A DNA stretch of 64,000 bases. Origin: Eledone cirrhosa (lineage: Eukaryota). The notes below the pieces were generated by a model. That model was not told the DNA's origin. It worked only from the letters and a program-made list of their open reading frames with translations, and made no database searches. A program made the position numbers and the translations under genes. Location: contig OZ024743.1 in NCBI GenBank assembly GCA_964016885.1, positions 279,310,001 through 279,374,000 of the forward strand. Direction: 5' to 3'. Shown one piece after another: positions 28,150 to 42,053 of this stretch; the stretch's first letter is position 1, and each line of letters opens with the position of its first letter.

Positions 28150-28830
28150 AGTAAGGAGGTTTGGGAGAGTGTGTTGTATATTAAAGGGAGAGAGATTGAT
28201 ATGTATTGATATAGAAAGGTGTATTGGAAAAGAGTTCCGTGTAGTAGATATAGAAAGGGGAAGAGTTTGGTGTTAATTGATATCGAGAGAGGGATTGGGA
28301 GAGTATGTTGTATGGTTGATGTAGAAAGGGGGAGAGTTTTGTGGTAGTGAATAGAGTATGAGCACTGATAGAGATAGATATTGATATATATAGAGAGGGA
28401 GAGTTTGGTAGTGATGGATAGAGTGAGAGGGAATGAGAGAGTGTTGTATGGTAGATATAGAAAGGGAGATAGTTTGGTGGTAAGTGATATAGTGAGGGGA
28501 ATTGGAAGAGAGAAGTGTGTAGCAGATATAGAGAGGGGAGAATTTGGTGATTGTAGATATAAAGAGATGGATAATGGGAGAGTACGATGTAGTAGATATA
28601 GAAAGGGTGAGAGTTTAGGGTGATTGATATACAGAAAGGGATTGGGAGGGATAAATGTAGATATTTATGGAGAGTGATAGAGTGTATCAGTCTTATATAT
28701 AGAGAGTGGGATAAGAGAGGCCGTGTCGTTTTAGATATAGAGAGACGTAGGATTTGGTTTTAGTACAGAGAGTGGTATTGTAAAAGTGTTTTGTGTGATA
28801 GACATAGATAGGGGGAGAGTTTGATGGCAC
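28150..28830 (+). repeat. Degenerate purine-rich minisatellite (~55-60 bp unit)
   Basis: Recurrent gatatagaaaggg..agagtttgg..tgatata..gagggattggga.ag blocks. Confidence 0.65.
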
Positions 28831-29237
28831 ACTTGCATCCCAAATAACAGGAGAGGTGGCGATAATAGGGGATGGGGGGGGGGGACTTCAGAAACTATTG
28901 AATATGTAGTGTACGTTCGTAAATATGGGATTTCTTGTAATGTTCTTCTTTTGTCATATATAATGTTTTTTTATGTAAATTAAAATTATTAGATTCTCCA
29001 GCTGCTGTAAAAATATGAATCACTTACAATAAAATTTCGCTGGAGATAGATTAGAACAATTTAATATGCGGCTTTTGGAGTGCGGGTGGAATAAAAATCT
29101 AGGGGGGGGGGTCTGACAATTAATAAGCAGGGGGTGACTCGATTATTCAAGACCTGAGAGTACGTGATTTATTGACGGACGTAAAAATAAAAACTCCATA
29201 CCGAAGTAGAGTTTAAATTTTCATTTATTATGGTTAA

Positions 29238-29290
29238 GCCTCATTACTCTGGAGTCTCACCTGTGTACTCACAGGCTCATCAGACAAGAC
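29238..29290 (-). ncRNA. Type I hammerhead with a GAAA>GAGA change
   Basis: Minus strand: gtcttgt CTGATGA gcctgtg agta cacaggt GAGA ctc ca gag TA atgaggc. Confidence 0.75.
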
Positions 29291-29360
29291 TGGTGATCCT
29301 CTGATTGCGTAGATGAAACTTTAGAGTTACAAACTCACCAATAGCCATGATAAATGAATG

Positions 29361-29555
<195 letters not shown>

Positions 29556-29906
29556 TATACGGATAAAATGAAACGAAATTTCATTTCTCACTCTTAGTAC
29601 GGCCGTTACTTAAATATAAGTATGTACACGTACATACATATATGTATACAGACGTACAGTAGTATATATATATACATACATGCACACATATATATATGTA
29701 CGTATATGTACGTATGGATTCACCGAACATTTATTATAATGCTCGGTGTGTTTGAAAACAAACATCCCGTATTAAGCCGTATATATATAGGAGATGAATA
29801 CATTGGGTATAATACCAGTTTCTTACCAAATGCGAAGAAGCTCGATATATTAACTACCTCTTTAGGAAAAATCACAACGCATAATCTTTTAAAAATTATA
29901 TATATA

Positions 29907-30142
29907 CAGTGGCGGTGGTACTGGGGAGGGGGTGCATGCTCCCCGCCAATAATTATATTTTCTTCCGAAACTACCAAAACACTCATCTATTTGGATATGC
30001 AGCTAACATTTATGTACATGTTACGTTTATCGTATATCGAAGTTTTCTTCCCATTTTACAGTGCAAAGAACTAAACTAATCACTACAACTAAATTGTCCG
30101 ATTCCCCCCACCACCAATTCAGAAATTCTTCCACCGGCAATG
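29907..30142. mobile_element. Possible decayed MITE; related sequence at ~24826-24960
   Basis: Starts cagtggcggtgg and ends ccaccggcaatg. Shares actaccaaaacac.catctatt with ~24900. Confidence 0.4.
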
Positions 30143-30228
30143 ACTACACCTGAGACCAAATTTGGCTGAGGGATAAATGCAGACAGAAAGACGATTCAAA
30201 ATTTCATTTTGTGTGCCTTTTTCTCGGC

Positions 30229-30306
30229 AATTGCCTTGTCTGACGAACGAATGAGGACGTTTCTTGTATTCGTCTTATTCGGGAAACCTCTGGTAATCAG
30301 GTAATT
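30229..30306 (+). ncRNA. Type I hammerhead at the end of a Penelope-type terminus (terminus runs to ~30408, then (TA)n)
   Basis: aattgccttgt CTGACGA a cgaatgaggacg..cgtcttattcg g GAAA cc tct gg TA atcaggtaatt. Confidence 0.8.
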
Positions 30307-30955
30307 ACATTGTATTGTTTATTATACATTAAATTTAGCTCTGTAACTTACATAGAGCACTCTTCACTCCTACGACTTTTTCAATTTTCAACGGAAACTT
30401 CAATACTTATATATATATATATATATGCGTATGTGTGTGCCACATATGAGTCATATATGTGTGGGTGGTTTGATGTGCTACATGTACTGAATGTGTGTAT
30501 ATATATATATATATATATGCGTAACAATGCCTAGATTACTGGTTATAATTCAAAGTAATTTCTAAACATAAAACCGTTAAAACAATTTATGAACTCATTG
30601 AAGTTCATGACATGCGCAATGAATGTCAAACATTAAGCAATAAATCATTGATATCAGTGAAACAAGAACAGCAGCAGTAACTACAACAACATCATTAACA
30701 ACAACAACTACAACCAAAAGAAAACAAAAATATAAATTAAAACAACGAACACAATGGTACCCAAAATAAATGTCGCACACTCACACAAGTGATATATAAT
30801 GAAATAAAATAACTTAGACTAAATATAAATGCATGTGGACGGTATAATGTATGTATGTATGTATGTATGTATGTATGTATGTATGTATGTATGTATGTAT
30901 CTATCTATCTATCTATCTATCAATATCACTCCCTCCCTCTCTTCGACTATCTATC

Positions 30956-30992
<37 letters not shown>

Positions 30993-31072
30993 ATGTATGT
31001 GTGTGTGAGTGTATGTATGTATGTGTATGTATGTGTGCGTGAGTGTATGTATGTGTGTGTGTATGTGTGTGT

Positions 31073-31153
<81 letters not shown>

Positions 31154-31434
31154 AGTGCGTGTAGGTTTGTGTGTGTTTTTGTGTGTCTGCGTGCTTATGT
31201 ATTTATATATGTATATATGTGCATATGTACATATACACACGTATACATCATGTTTTATATCTTTTTATCCCTGTATTCGATTTTTCAGCAGTTTTATTAA
31301 TTGAAAGAAAGATTATATCAAATATTAAAGAACATACTTCTACATACGCACACACTTATCATACACCCTCACGCACACACTTATCATACACCCTCACGCA
31401 CACAGAAACACACACAGAAGCACACTACACATTG

Positions 31435-31477
<43 letters not shown>

Positions 31478-31637
31478 AGAAGGTACGTATAGATGTATGT
31501 ATAGATGTATGTATATATGTATGTGTATACGTGTGATTGCATGTATGTATATATATATATAGAGAGAGAGTTTGAGAGTGAGTGAGGGAGAGAGCAATAA
31601 ATATGTATATACCTTCAGTATATTTATATATGTATAG

Positions 31638-31688
<51 letters not shown>

Positions 31689-31853
31689 AGGGAGAGAGAA
31701 TGGGAAAGAAAGAGAGAGAGAGAAATAAATAGATATATTAATAGATAGATATGTTTCTTTATTAGCCACATAGATAGATAGATAGATAAATAGATAGGTA
31801 GGATGATATATAGATATAGTTACATTGATAGATAGATGGATAGATAGGTGGAT

Positions 31854-31920
<67 letters not shown>

Positions 31921-31923
<3 letters not shown>

Positions 31924-32111
31924 CGAAGGAAATGTGGTAAGGAACCAGGTGGACCGTAACGCACCAAAGTACTCAATACTTGGGGTAGTAGAGTGGGTAA
32001 TAGGAAGCAGTAAGACCCCGACGGCTGAGCTCAAGCCGTTTCGACGGCTAATTCTGGACCAGAATTAGCCGTCGAAACGGCTTGAGCTCAGCCGTCGGGG
32101 TCTTACTGGTT

Positions 32112-32115
<4 letters not shown>
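31921..32115. repeat. Small (TA)n-embedded element with a 115 bp hairpin (32001-32115); second copy at 63330-63512
   Basis: Arms taggaa.cagtaagaccccgacggctgagctcaagccgtttcgacggctaattctgg around a single-nt centre at 32058. Confidence 0.9.
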
Positions 32116-32198
<83 letters not shown>

Positions 32199-34118
32199 AT
32201 TGAGATAGATAGAAATAATCAATTCACTAAAATATATTTATTAATACTAGTGCACAAAAAGACAAGTATAAATAAATAAGAATAGACAAAAGAAATACAA
32301 ATAGATTAAAAAAATACGAGTTATTAAAAATATCACAAGATTAAAGGGGAAATAATGCAATCTTTATATAATAAGTCTAATTCCTGTGAAGATTTTTTTT
32401 TCATGTGATGTGTCTAATTTGACGTTTAATAACGTTTTCTGTTGCTCGCCATGTTGGATATGTATTCAATTATAATTGGCCTTGTATAATCCCTGTCTGA
32501 TATCTCGTTGGATATCAAATATGATGAATATGAGTAAGTATGCTTATAACTGCTGTAGAACATACATAAGTTTGTAGACATCACACATACACAGAGACAG
32601 ACACACACATACACACACCCAGACACGCGCGCGCACATATACACACACACACATATAATATATATATATAAGTATATATATCTGTATGTATGTATTGGTG
32701 TGCATGTGTGTATGTATGCATGAATGAATGGATATATGCATGAAGGGATGTATGCATGTATGTATTTATGAATGTTTGTATGCTTTATACACATACACAC
32801 AGATTCATACATATACATATGTGTGTGCCTGTGTGTATCTATAAGTGTATGTGTGTATGGATGCATATGTGTGTATGAATTGAGATGAGAAAAGGGAAGA
32901 GAAAAGAAGGAATGGAGAAAGGGAGCGTGAATGATTGAGAGATTCTGAGAGAGACTTCAAGCTATATTTACTGTTGGATTAGTCAGAAAGAACAACCATT
33001 ATTATATATCTTTGCAAGGTCGATAAAATAAAGTACCAGTAATACACTGGTTTAATTGCTGGCCTTGTGCCAAAAGTAGAAACAATTATTATATATCTTT
33101 TGCTTAATTTAGCCGGCTAACGAAAGGGTTGTTAGCTTATACATCGATTTTCTCACTTTCAGTTGTTTATATTACAAATACATAATACTTATTAACTTAT
33201 CGTTGATGGAGCCAGTTAGGATAAACTGATTTAACCTCCAACACAATCCAACAGTTCTTAGTATTTAACTTATTTTTAGGTTTTGTGGTTTTATGTGTTA
33301 TTTTCATTGACACTTTGATGAAAGAATTCTTAGGAAGTTGATTTTACAATACGAGTTCCGGTGTTCGATATTAATGTACGACACCTTAGTTAGATATTTT
33401 CTACCATAAACTTTAGATTTACAAAGTTTGGTGAAGGAAATCGGGCTATCTAAAAATGTGAGTTTGCCTACTGGGCATTATCTTATCTTCTTTCGATCAT
33501 TGACGCTTTAACTCCTGGGGAAATCATAGATTCACCATGTTTACAAGCAGCATGATATGGTTATCTTTTAAACATGATGGAGTTCATTTCTCTCCAGGGC
33601 TGACCACAACCGATTTCATTTAGTAGAAAATCAAGAAAGTGGGAGACATATCGCACCCAGGACTCGAATGGTACTTTATTGATACAGAATGGATGAAAGG
33701 CAAACTTAACATAAGCGGAATTTGAAACCAAAGCGCAAGAAGTGGAAAGGATTTTGCAATATCTTTCATCGACGCTGTAGTGACTGTGCCGCTTCACCTC
33801 ATATAATGTTTACTATTATCGCTCTTAGACTGCCTGGAAATTACGTTAAGTTACACTGTATGAAGAAAAGGTGGCATTTCTTTTTCGGGGGGGGGGGGGG
33901 GGGGCAGGCATCGAAAAGCACGTTTATCAGACACAGGGAAAACACATTCATCAAGACCAAAAGAGAATCATATCGTGCAAACATGGGTGAAATTTTTGTT
34001 GAGAGTATTCTAAATGTCCTCCGTATACAACGTTCTATCATTGGAATTAAAGCAACAATTAATATGATCACATTCTCGCATTTCTGAAATCTTGTATAGA
34101 TTTAAGTTATATTATTTT

Positions 34119-34203
34119 ATGTTATTCTGATGAGCTAGTCTTTAAAGAGTTAATTGTCTTTCATTAATTGTTGGACTAGTGAAACGCGTGTAAGTCAATT
34201 AAA
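34119..34203 (+). ncRNA. Probable hammerhead with a long stem II and decayed stem I
   Basis: gttatt CTGATGA gctagtc...gactagt GAAA cgcgtgtaa GTC aatta. Confidence 0.55.
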
Positions 34204-34375
34204 TAATTTAATAATAATGATTCTTGAGTTATTGTTAAATATATACATATATACACATACATATCCATATTTATATACACATATATGCGTGTTATATTTA
34301 TATATATATAAATATATGCATCTATATAAATATATAAACATATATACACACACACACATACCCCCCCCACACACA

Positions 34376-34449
<74 letters not shown>

Positions 34450-34560
34450 AATAAATGTATATGTGCATACATATATATGCATACATATAGACAAACATAC
34501 ACACAGATATATATCTACATATCTATCCATGTCCCTTCAATCTATCTTATTTCTCCTTCT

Positions 34561-34598
34561 TTCTTCTGATGAAGGACTAGCGTTCAAAACGTTAAGAA
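34561..34598 (+). ncRNA. Decayed minimal hammerhead; sister copy at 45012-45047
   Basis: ttctt CTGATGA a ggac tagc gttc AAAA cg TT aagaa. The 45.0 kb copy keeps GAAA, so the two give a consensus with a palindromic ACGT stem III. Confidence 0.65.
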
Positions 34599-36169
34599 CC
34601 TGTTCCAGCTATTTCAAGCGTTAAACTAATATAACCCTTCCATATACTGTACCGATTGTGTTGTTATTTCTGTTTACCTTTTACACACACACTCACACAC
34701 ACATCCACATATATATACATAGTTATATACATATATAGTTATATACATACATAATTACATGTGTGTGCAAGAGTATAATTTTGGGGATACTTTTCCTCTC
34801 AGTACGAATATAAAACACCATATAATATTAAACACCGTGTCACCCAATTTACGGCATAATACTTGATAAACCTATATCACCTCGCTATTAATTGCTAATT
34901 GGATGTAAATGACAAAATAAATAGGTGTGTGTTGGTAAATATCATTTCACATTATCCATAAATCACACATACATGTGTGTGCGTGTGTGTATATGTTTGC
35001 GTATGCGCATGTATGTGTATGTGGGTGTATGGACGGTATTGCATTTATACATATACTGACATGTGTTAAGTGCACATTATATGAAATGGAAATAAAAAAA
35101 ATACTAGAATTTACTGAGCATTAAGACCAGCAGCCGCAGTTGAAGTTAAGTAGTTGTGACATATTACACTAACTCTTATAATTAAGAGGAGAAAAATAGA
35201 GACACAGTACTTGCAATATTTTACGGTAGATTCACCTCAGAAGGAGTAGCCAGATGTAATTGAATTTAACATTTTTATATATTCGTATTATGGAAACTGA
35301 AAAGTAGTACAAAACAGGGATACATAAGACCGATATATTTTACCAGTGAAATATTATCAATTAGCAATTCATTTGAAAAAATTGTTTAACCTTTGATTGC
35401 AATTAGCTGCTACACTTCATAATTCACAAAAAGAGATTGTAATTGTAATTATATATATTTCGCTACTGATTGCTTCAATAATTCCTAACCATAGATAATA
35501 GGGTTGATTGTCTTTCTCGAAATAGCGGTCGAATCCCATTAAATCTTAGTCTTTCGTTTTAAAAGGATGCATTCAGTAATGTGCCTCAAGTTGCAGTCCG
35601 CCCGAAAAATGAGATGATGGTCACAATATGAGCAACTGTGATTAAAATTCTGCTCGATTAGAAATGTCACGGAAATAAGCAACAATAATAACAACAACAA
35701 TATTGCCATGTAACTCATAAATGGTTTAATCTACTTCGATAAACTAGATTTCATTCATAACATTATGGGACGATATATTCTATTAAATCTACGCCAGTAC
35801 TAAAATGATACTTCAGAATGGTGAAAAGATAGTTGATCTCGGAAGATGGGTTATTAGTGGTGTCGGGAGTGGGTCGATAATATTGATTTAAAAAAAAGAG
35901 ATATATATAAAACCTAGTACTTTACAGGTACTTTAATTTATTGCACCAAGATGGGGGAAAAGTAATGTTAATATCGGCAGTTTTAAGCTCGCAATACAAA
36001 AGAGCCGCCAGACTTTATAGCTGACGCTCAAACGCAGGGATAATTTAAAACTTTAGAACATTGATTCCTTGACTCATCATTGACTACATGTATGCACAAA
36101 AATAACTAAATAAATAAATCAGTAATCAGAATATAAAATAAATAGACAACAAAAACAATAAAGACACCC

Positions 36170-36457
36170 TCCGATTTCGGTCAAGTGTAACCATGGGTTT
36201 TGCTCATATAACGCTTCCCTTCGAGAAACAAGACCGGACAAAGCGATTTTAGGGAAGACCAGGAATCGCTCATTCATATTAGTCTTCCCTCTCCTTGCCA
36301 GCGATGTTGTCCAAGGGAAGGTGAATGCCGCTACAGTTTGGCACAAGTGACATCGCAGCTCATTTCGACAGAACGCACCACCTAGTCGGAGATTCGAACT
36401 TACAACCTCATAATTGTGAACCAAGAGCTCTAAGCACTAAGCCATGTGCCTTCACCA
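36170..36457 (-). mobile_element. tRNA-derived SINE
   Basis: Minus strand has tggcttagtgct (A box) and agttcgaatc (B box), followed by a unique body. Confidence 0.65.
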
Positions 36458-36519
36458 GTAGACAATAAACACTAATCTATAATCTATAACACTCAGTATT
36501 TTAAAAAGATGTTTGTCTG

Positions 36520-37280
36520 TATATTGATCGCTAATGCATGTTTGTCTGTATGTTGATTGCAGTGAATGCAAACAACAATCTCTCACGAATGATCCCTGGA
36601 GGTAGACAGACCTATAAATCTATCGACAAAGTTGTCGTTGTGGACGCAGCTGTTCATTATACCGTTGAATTTCTCAAAAGCCTGGAACTGTTCGGTAGGC
36701 CGCCAAACAATCTTGAAGGGCGCAGTCATTATGCATCTCAGAAACCTAGATAAGCCAAGATTGTACATTCAGACGCATATGGTTGTGACTGAATTATAGC
36801 TTCACATAATCGAAGCCAAAATTTTCACTGGATGTGGTAAAGGAGACATTGTATTTATACCTAGAATACCGCTAATACCAACAGATATCCCCTTTCATTT
36901 CAAACGATCGCAATTCCCAGTGAGTGTCTGTTACGCTATGACCATCAACAGGTCCCAAGGTCAAACACTGCGGGTTGTCGGTCTCTCTCTAGAAGAGGGT
37001 TGTTTCTCAGATGGTCAATTATATGTAGTTTGTTCCAATACACAATGTAAATGTTTTATAATTTTCGCAAAATACATTTTAAAATAGTTTTCTTTATTAC
37101 ATTCTCTATTTAGAAATTCTAAAAAAGTTTTTAAAACGTATGTTATGCAATATTTAAATACCTTTTAACATCTTTATTTTAATGAAAATGGGCATTTCGA
37201 TAGATGTCATAAGCATCTATGGTAATGACATATGAATAGGTTTGAGCACAGTATAAAGCGAAGCCCGGGCGACCGCTTTA
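36520..37280 (+). mobile_element. Helitron 3' remnant (PIF1-family helicase C-terminus, UTR, putative terminal hairpin)
   Basis: EFLKSLELFGRPPNNL, LRNLDKP, VFIPRIPLIP, FKRSQFPVSVCYAMTINRSQGQTL and CFSDGQLYV. GC-rich gcgaagcccgggcgaccgct at ~37258-37277. Confidence 0.88.
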
Positions 37281-37607
37281 TACTGTTATATATAAAACCG
37301 CTTTATACTGTTATATATAACACAGAAAGCTGTGTAAGCAAATTGTATTTATTGTATCATTGAATATATTTTCATTGTCTAATTTTTCAAGTTTAATCAA
37401 TATTGTGCGTAGTTACATCAAGCTCTAGGCAATCCTGACGATCCCTGCTAAACGATATTGAATTGCTTAAGAAAGTCTGCTTTAACGATTCTACAAACCC
37501 AAATATTACCAACTGTTTCATTTACTTGGAGTGATCGGCTACTCGTGTTACTGAGGCTTCATTAGGGATGGGTTCCATTGAGTTGAATATCTGCAAAATA
37601 CATAAAA

Positions 37608-37790
37608 TAATTGTTTCTACTTTTGGCACAAGGCCAGCAAATACCCCCAGCGCACTACTGGTACTTTATTTTATCGACCCCGTAAGGATGAAAGGCAAAG
37701 TTATCCTCAGCAGGATTTGAACTCAGACCGCAAAGGAACGTAACTCTATGCTGCAAAGTATGGCATCCGACTCTCTACTGATACTGCCAA
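37608..37790 (-). mobile_element. tRNA-derived SINE, dominant family of this window
   Basis: Reverse complement of the 48924-49114 element. Confidence 0.85.
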
Positions 37791-38275
37791 TGACTATTCA
37801 GTGTTCTACCAACGAACCAGCAGTTTCCATACCAAATCAAATTTAAATAACAAGATCGTCATATGAGAGGGGTATCAAATCAATTTAATAGATGATGCAA
37901 AAATTGACATAGTGTTGTGTCAAAAGAAATAAATATTTATAGCTTTCGGATCAGTAATAGTAGTTCATTACGAATATCTTAGAACTAAACAACACTAACA
38001 TAAAACAAAATATTGTCACGGAGAGGCAATTTGTCACTATTTCGCTATAGAAAACTACCTTCTATGTATCTGTTTCTACATCTTACTCTTTCTCTTACCG
38101 AATGTTCTGCATCTATTTTCTCCTATGCTTCTATCTATCACTTTTCTTAAATCTTTATATATTTTTATTTCTTTTCTTCCATTCTTTCTTTCTACCTATA
38201 TATTTCCCCGTGTGTTGGGGATTATATACGCACACACACACACACACACACATATACATACACACACATATATAT

Positions 38276-38316
<41 letters not shown>

Positions 38317-38336
38317 CATATATATATACATACATT

Positions 38337-38368
<32 letters not shown>

Positions 38369-38859
38369 CATATATATATGCACACACACAAACCACAGAC
38401 CCCCCATCTCAACTCACCTTTTGAAAAGCAGAAGAACTGCGAAACCGGTAAAGGAACCAAATAAATATATATATTTTTAAAAAAAATAAGACTTCAGTTG
38501 CATTTTCGATTTCATCCCTTTTTACATATACATATACATATATATATATATGCATATATATAGGTATATATATATATATACATATATATACATATATATA
38601 TACATATACATATATATATATACACACACACATATATGTGTATGTATATATATATACATATGTATATACATATACATGTATATACATATACATGTATATA
38701 CATGTATATGTATATACATATATATATATATACATATACATGTATATACATATACATATATACATATATATGTGTTGGGGATTATATGTATATACATATA
38801 CATATACATGTATATACATATACATATATACATATATATGTGTTGGGGATTATATACGC

Positions 38860-38900
<41 letters not shown>

Positions 38901-38973
38901 CACACACATATATGTGTATGTATATATATACATGTGTATATATACATATATACATGTATATATATATAAGCAA

Positions 38974-39043
<70 letters not shown>

Positions 39044-41504
39044 TGTATATATATAGCTGACGTGCTAGATAGTTATGTATTATTTTATCTGCATATTGCT
39101 TTTCTATCTATTTATTTTTCTTATTTATATTTTTATGTCTCCTGCATTTCTGGTACTCTACTTTTCATCTTTACTTTATCTTTATCTTTATTGACTTGTC
39201 GTTAATATGTCGTCTCTTCGATTCTTTCAATCTTCGCCAATTTCTCCACCCTTCCTACTCTCGCCTTTCTGCCCGCCTCTTCCTATTCCTCTGTCAAGAG
39301 TGTCGTAATTATTTTAACGATTTGAATCCAAGCGAATTTAGTCTTAAACGAAAGCGATACTAGAATGTTTAAGTGTTTATTTTGTTTTGTTTTTATTCTA
39401 AAATTCATTATTATTTTGTTATTTTCGAGATAACATCCAATTAACTATATTTCAAACTGCCTAGCCTAGATCTCCTTCAACTAATTAGATCTCACTTACC
39501 CAGTTAACCAGATGTCCTTCCAGCCGATAAGTTGTCATTAAACAGCCAGATCTCACTCCAGAAACCAAATCTCTCTCAAGATATCACTCAATCAGATTTT
39601 AAAACCGCTAACATTTTCCCCCACCGCTTCATACCAAATCTCATAACAACGAGATTCACGTGCAACTCACAAACTAAATTTTAGTCAATTAGTTTATCAT
39701 CCTAGTAGCAAACCAAAGATCAATCAATGAAATTCCCTTCCAACACACAAACGCACATACACCTGTGTCTCTATATTGTCACTCAGTGAGCTAGTAATAG
39801 CAGCCAAATTCCCTTCATCTTATTACCTACTGTCTCAAAAATATAAGGAACCATTAGATATTGTAGTTTTAGATACACTGTGTCTTAATAGTAGGTTGCC
39901 CCTGATCCTGAGGCTAAACAACATCAGCAACCTAAACTCATAACAAGGAACAATGAATTGTTCCCTAACATTCAAGCTTCAATCTGAAACAATAAACAAC
40001 GAAGAGAATGAGGTGGGAATGAGCATGTGGAAGTGGTGTAAGAAAGAGAGATACGTGATCAAAATGATGAAATATCTCGATGGGATTTGAACAAATACCG
40101 CCGCTTAACTGCTACGAATTCACCGCTTAAATGATATTGATTCCTAATTTAGGCACGCATTAAGCCAGAACATTTGGGGAAAATAAAAAAGTTGATTAAA
40201 TCAAACCAGTTGTTGACTGCTACTTTATGTTATCAAACACGGAAAGCTTCAAAGTCAAAGTTGACCTCTGCTTGATTTGTACTGAAAATGTAAAGAGCTA
40301 AAAAACATATAACGTAAAGGTGTTTTATCTGACGGTCTACCATTTCTGGGAATCTTCTAGCCGTCGCAGCCTAGATGCTATCACTGAATAAAAAATCAAA
40401 AAAAATCTCAAACAGCCAGTTTATTATGTTGTCAGAAAATCTTCTATAATATCGAATGATTCAATAGATCGTTTGGATCAAATGAAGTTGAGTATATTCA
40501 TTCAACCGACTGTATTTGCACACTCTATGTGGGAATATGGAAACGGTGTCTAGTGAAAAGAAATGAATAAAGTGTTATAAGGAGATCATCTACTTCTCTA
40601 CATGGCACACTAACTTATTTGGCTTTATTTAATTCCGATGAAACTTATTTTTGTCAACTCACACCAGCTCAGAATGACTCGAATTTTGGTATTTAACAAC
40701 AGAAATAAATTCGTACAAATTGTAAAATATATAGACCAATTATTTCCAATATACATTTCCTTTATCATATTTAAATGAGTTACATTAAGAAGAACCAGTT
40801 GTAATGCGGCTGTATACAAACCCCTCCATTTATGTAGGCGTTGACTTTAAATATCTGTAGGTCGATTCCGGTATGGTAGAGGTAAGTGAGAAGTAAATCA
40901 AAGAGGTATACATTAAGAAGTAAGTATTGGAAAGTGAGACTCAATAAAAGCAATATAACTGCATTACCCAAGTAATTACCTCCTTAAAATAATTAACTTT
41001 CGAAATATCTAATTTAGTGTAGTCAAGTGTAACCCAACAGAAAGAACTTCCTAGAACTTTCATTGTACTGGGAGATAATTGGAATAAAGTTCTTTCTTAG
41101 ATATAGACCGTAACATACATATAAACTGAGGCTCTTCAATGCTGACAATACCGTTTCGAACACATTAAAAATAACATTCCTACAAATTCTGAAAGCAATA
41201 TCGTAAATCCCGGATTGTTCATCTGGTGTGGATATTCAGGCAGAAATGACAAAATAAATATGGAAAAAAGTACATACGGACACTCAATAAGTTATAAAAT
41301 ACGTTCATTTAATGTCGGGACGTAAGCTCTGGTGTTCGGAATAGGGTACGTCTCACGACACAAAAACTTGTGTTGTTTCACATATTTTATTAACTGTAGT
41401 ATTTTGTCGAAATAGAACCTGGACTTTCACAAATTGGGTTGAATACTTTTCTTTTCTTTTCTTTTATTGTTTTTTGTTTGGTCTGAAGACTTCAAATATA
41501 TTAT

Positions 41505-41680
41505 TTGGCAGAATTGGTATAGTGTCAGGCACCATGCTTTGCAGCATAGCGTTATGGCCCTTTACGTTCTGATTACAAATCTCCCCGAGGTTGACTTTGC
41601 CTTTCATCCTCACGATAAAATAAAGCACCAGTAATGCACTGGAGTAATTGCTTGCCTTGTGCCAAAAATAGAAATAATTC
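41505..41680 (+). mobile_element. tRNA-derived SINE, dominant family
   Basis: tggcagaattggtag...gaggttgactttgcctttcatcc...gccttgtgccaaaaatagaaa. Confidence 0.8.
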
Positions 41681-41734
41681 AATTCGGTCTTCGTTCCAAC
41701 CCATAACTATGATTATGAATCTTGGCTAATGACC

Positions 41735-41990
41735 GAAAGAATATGATCGCGAATCAAACGGCCGAACTGGGGCTCATCGCAGAGTCTTTGGAGTAACGTT
41801 TCTCAATAGAGTGCGTAGCTCGGAGATCAGAAAATCACTCCTGGTAGAGCCGCTACTTCTCCGAATTGAGAGATCACAACTCCGATACTACGGGCATGTG
41901 GTTAGTATCTCTCAGGAAAGAATCGCCGGGCAAATCCAACCGGCAAGAGATCCAGTGGTAGAACCCGAGCAAGATGGTTGGTAACGATTG
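41735..41990 (+). mobile_element. RTE-like LINE 3' remnant followed by (GAA)n
   Basis: GVTFLNRVRSSEIRKSLLVEPLLLRIERSQLRYYGHVV, then a GRTRARW-like segment. Confidence 0.7.
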
Positions 41991-42022
41991 AGAAGAAGAA
42001 GAAGAAGAAGAAGAAGAAGAAG

Positions 42023-42053
<31 letters not shown>

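Noticed and set aside
33100-34085. Possible very old Penelope RT/GIY-YIG remnant upstream of the 34.1 kb hammerhead (GQASKSTFIRHREN)
   Set aside because: Similarity is too weak to support by eye; it needs a translated profile search.
38209-38860. Three gtgttggggattatat units, and similarly the gggtgacagtatat inverted pair at ~52336-52608
   Set aside because: Best explained by slippage or local duplication within microsatellite; no independent structure.
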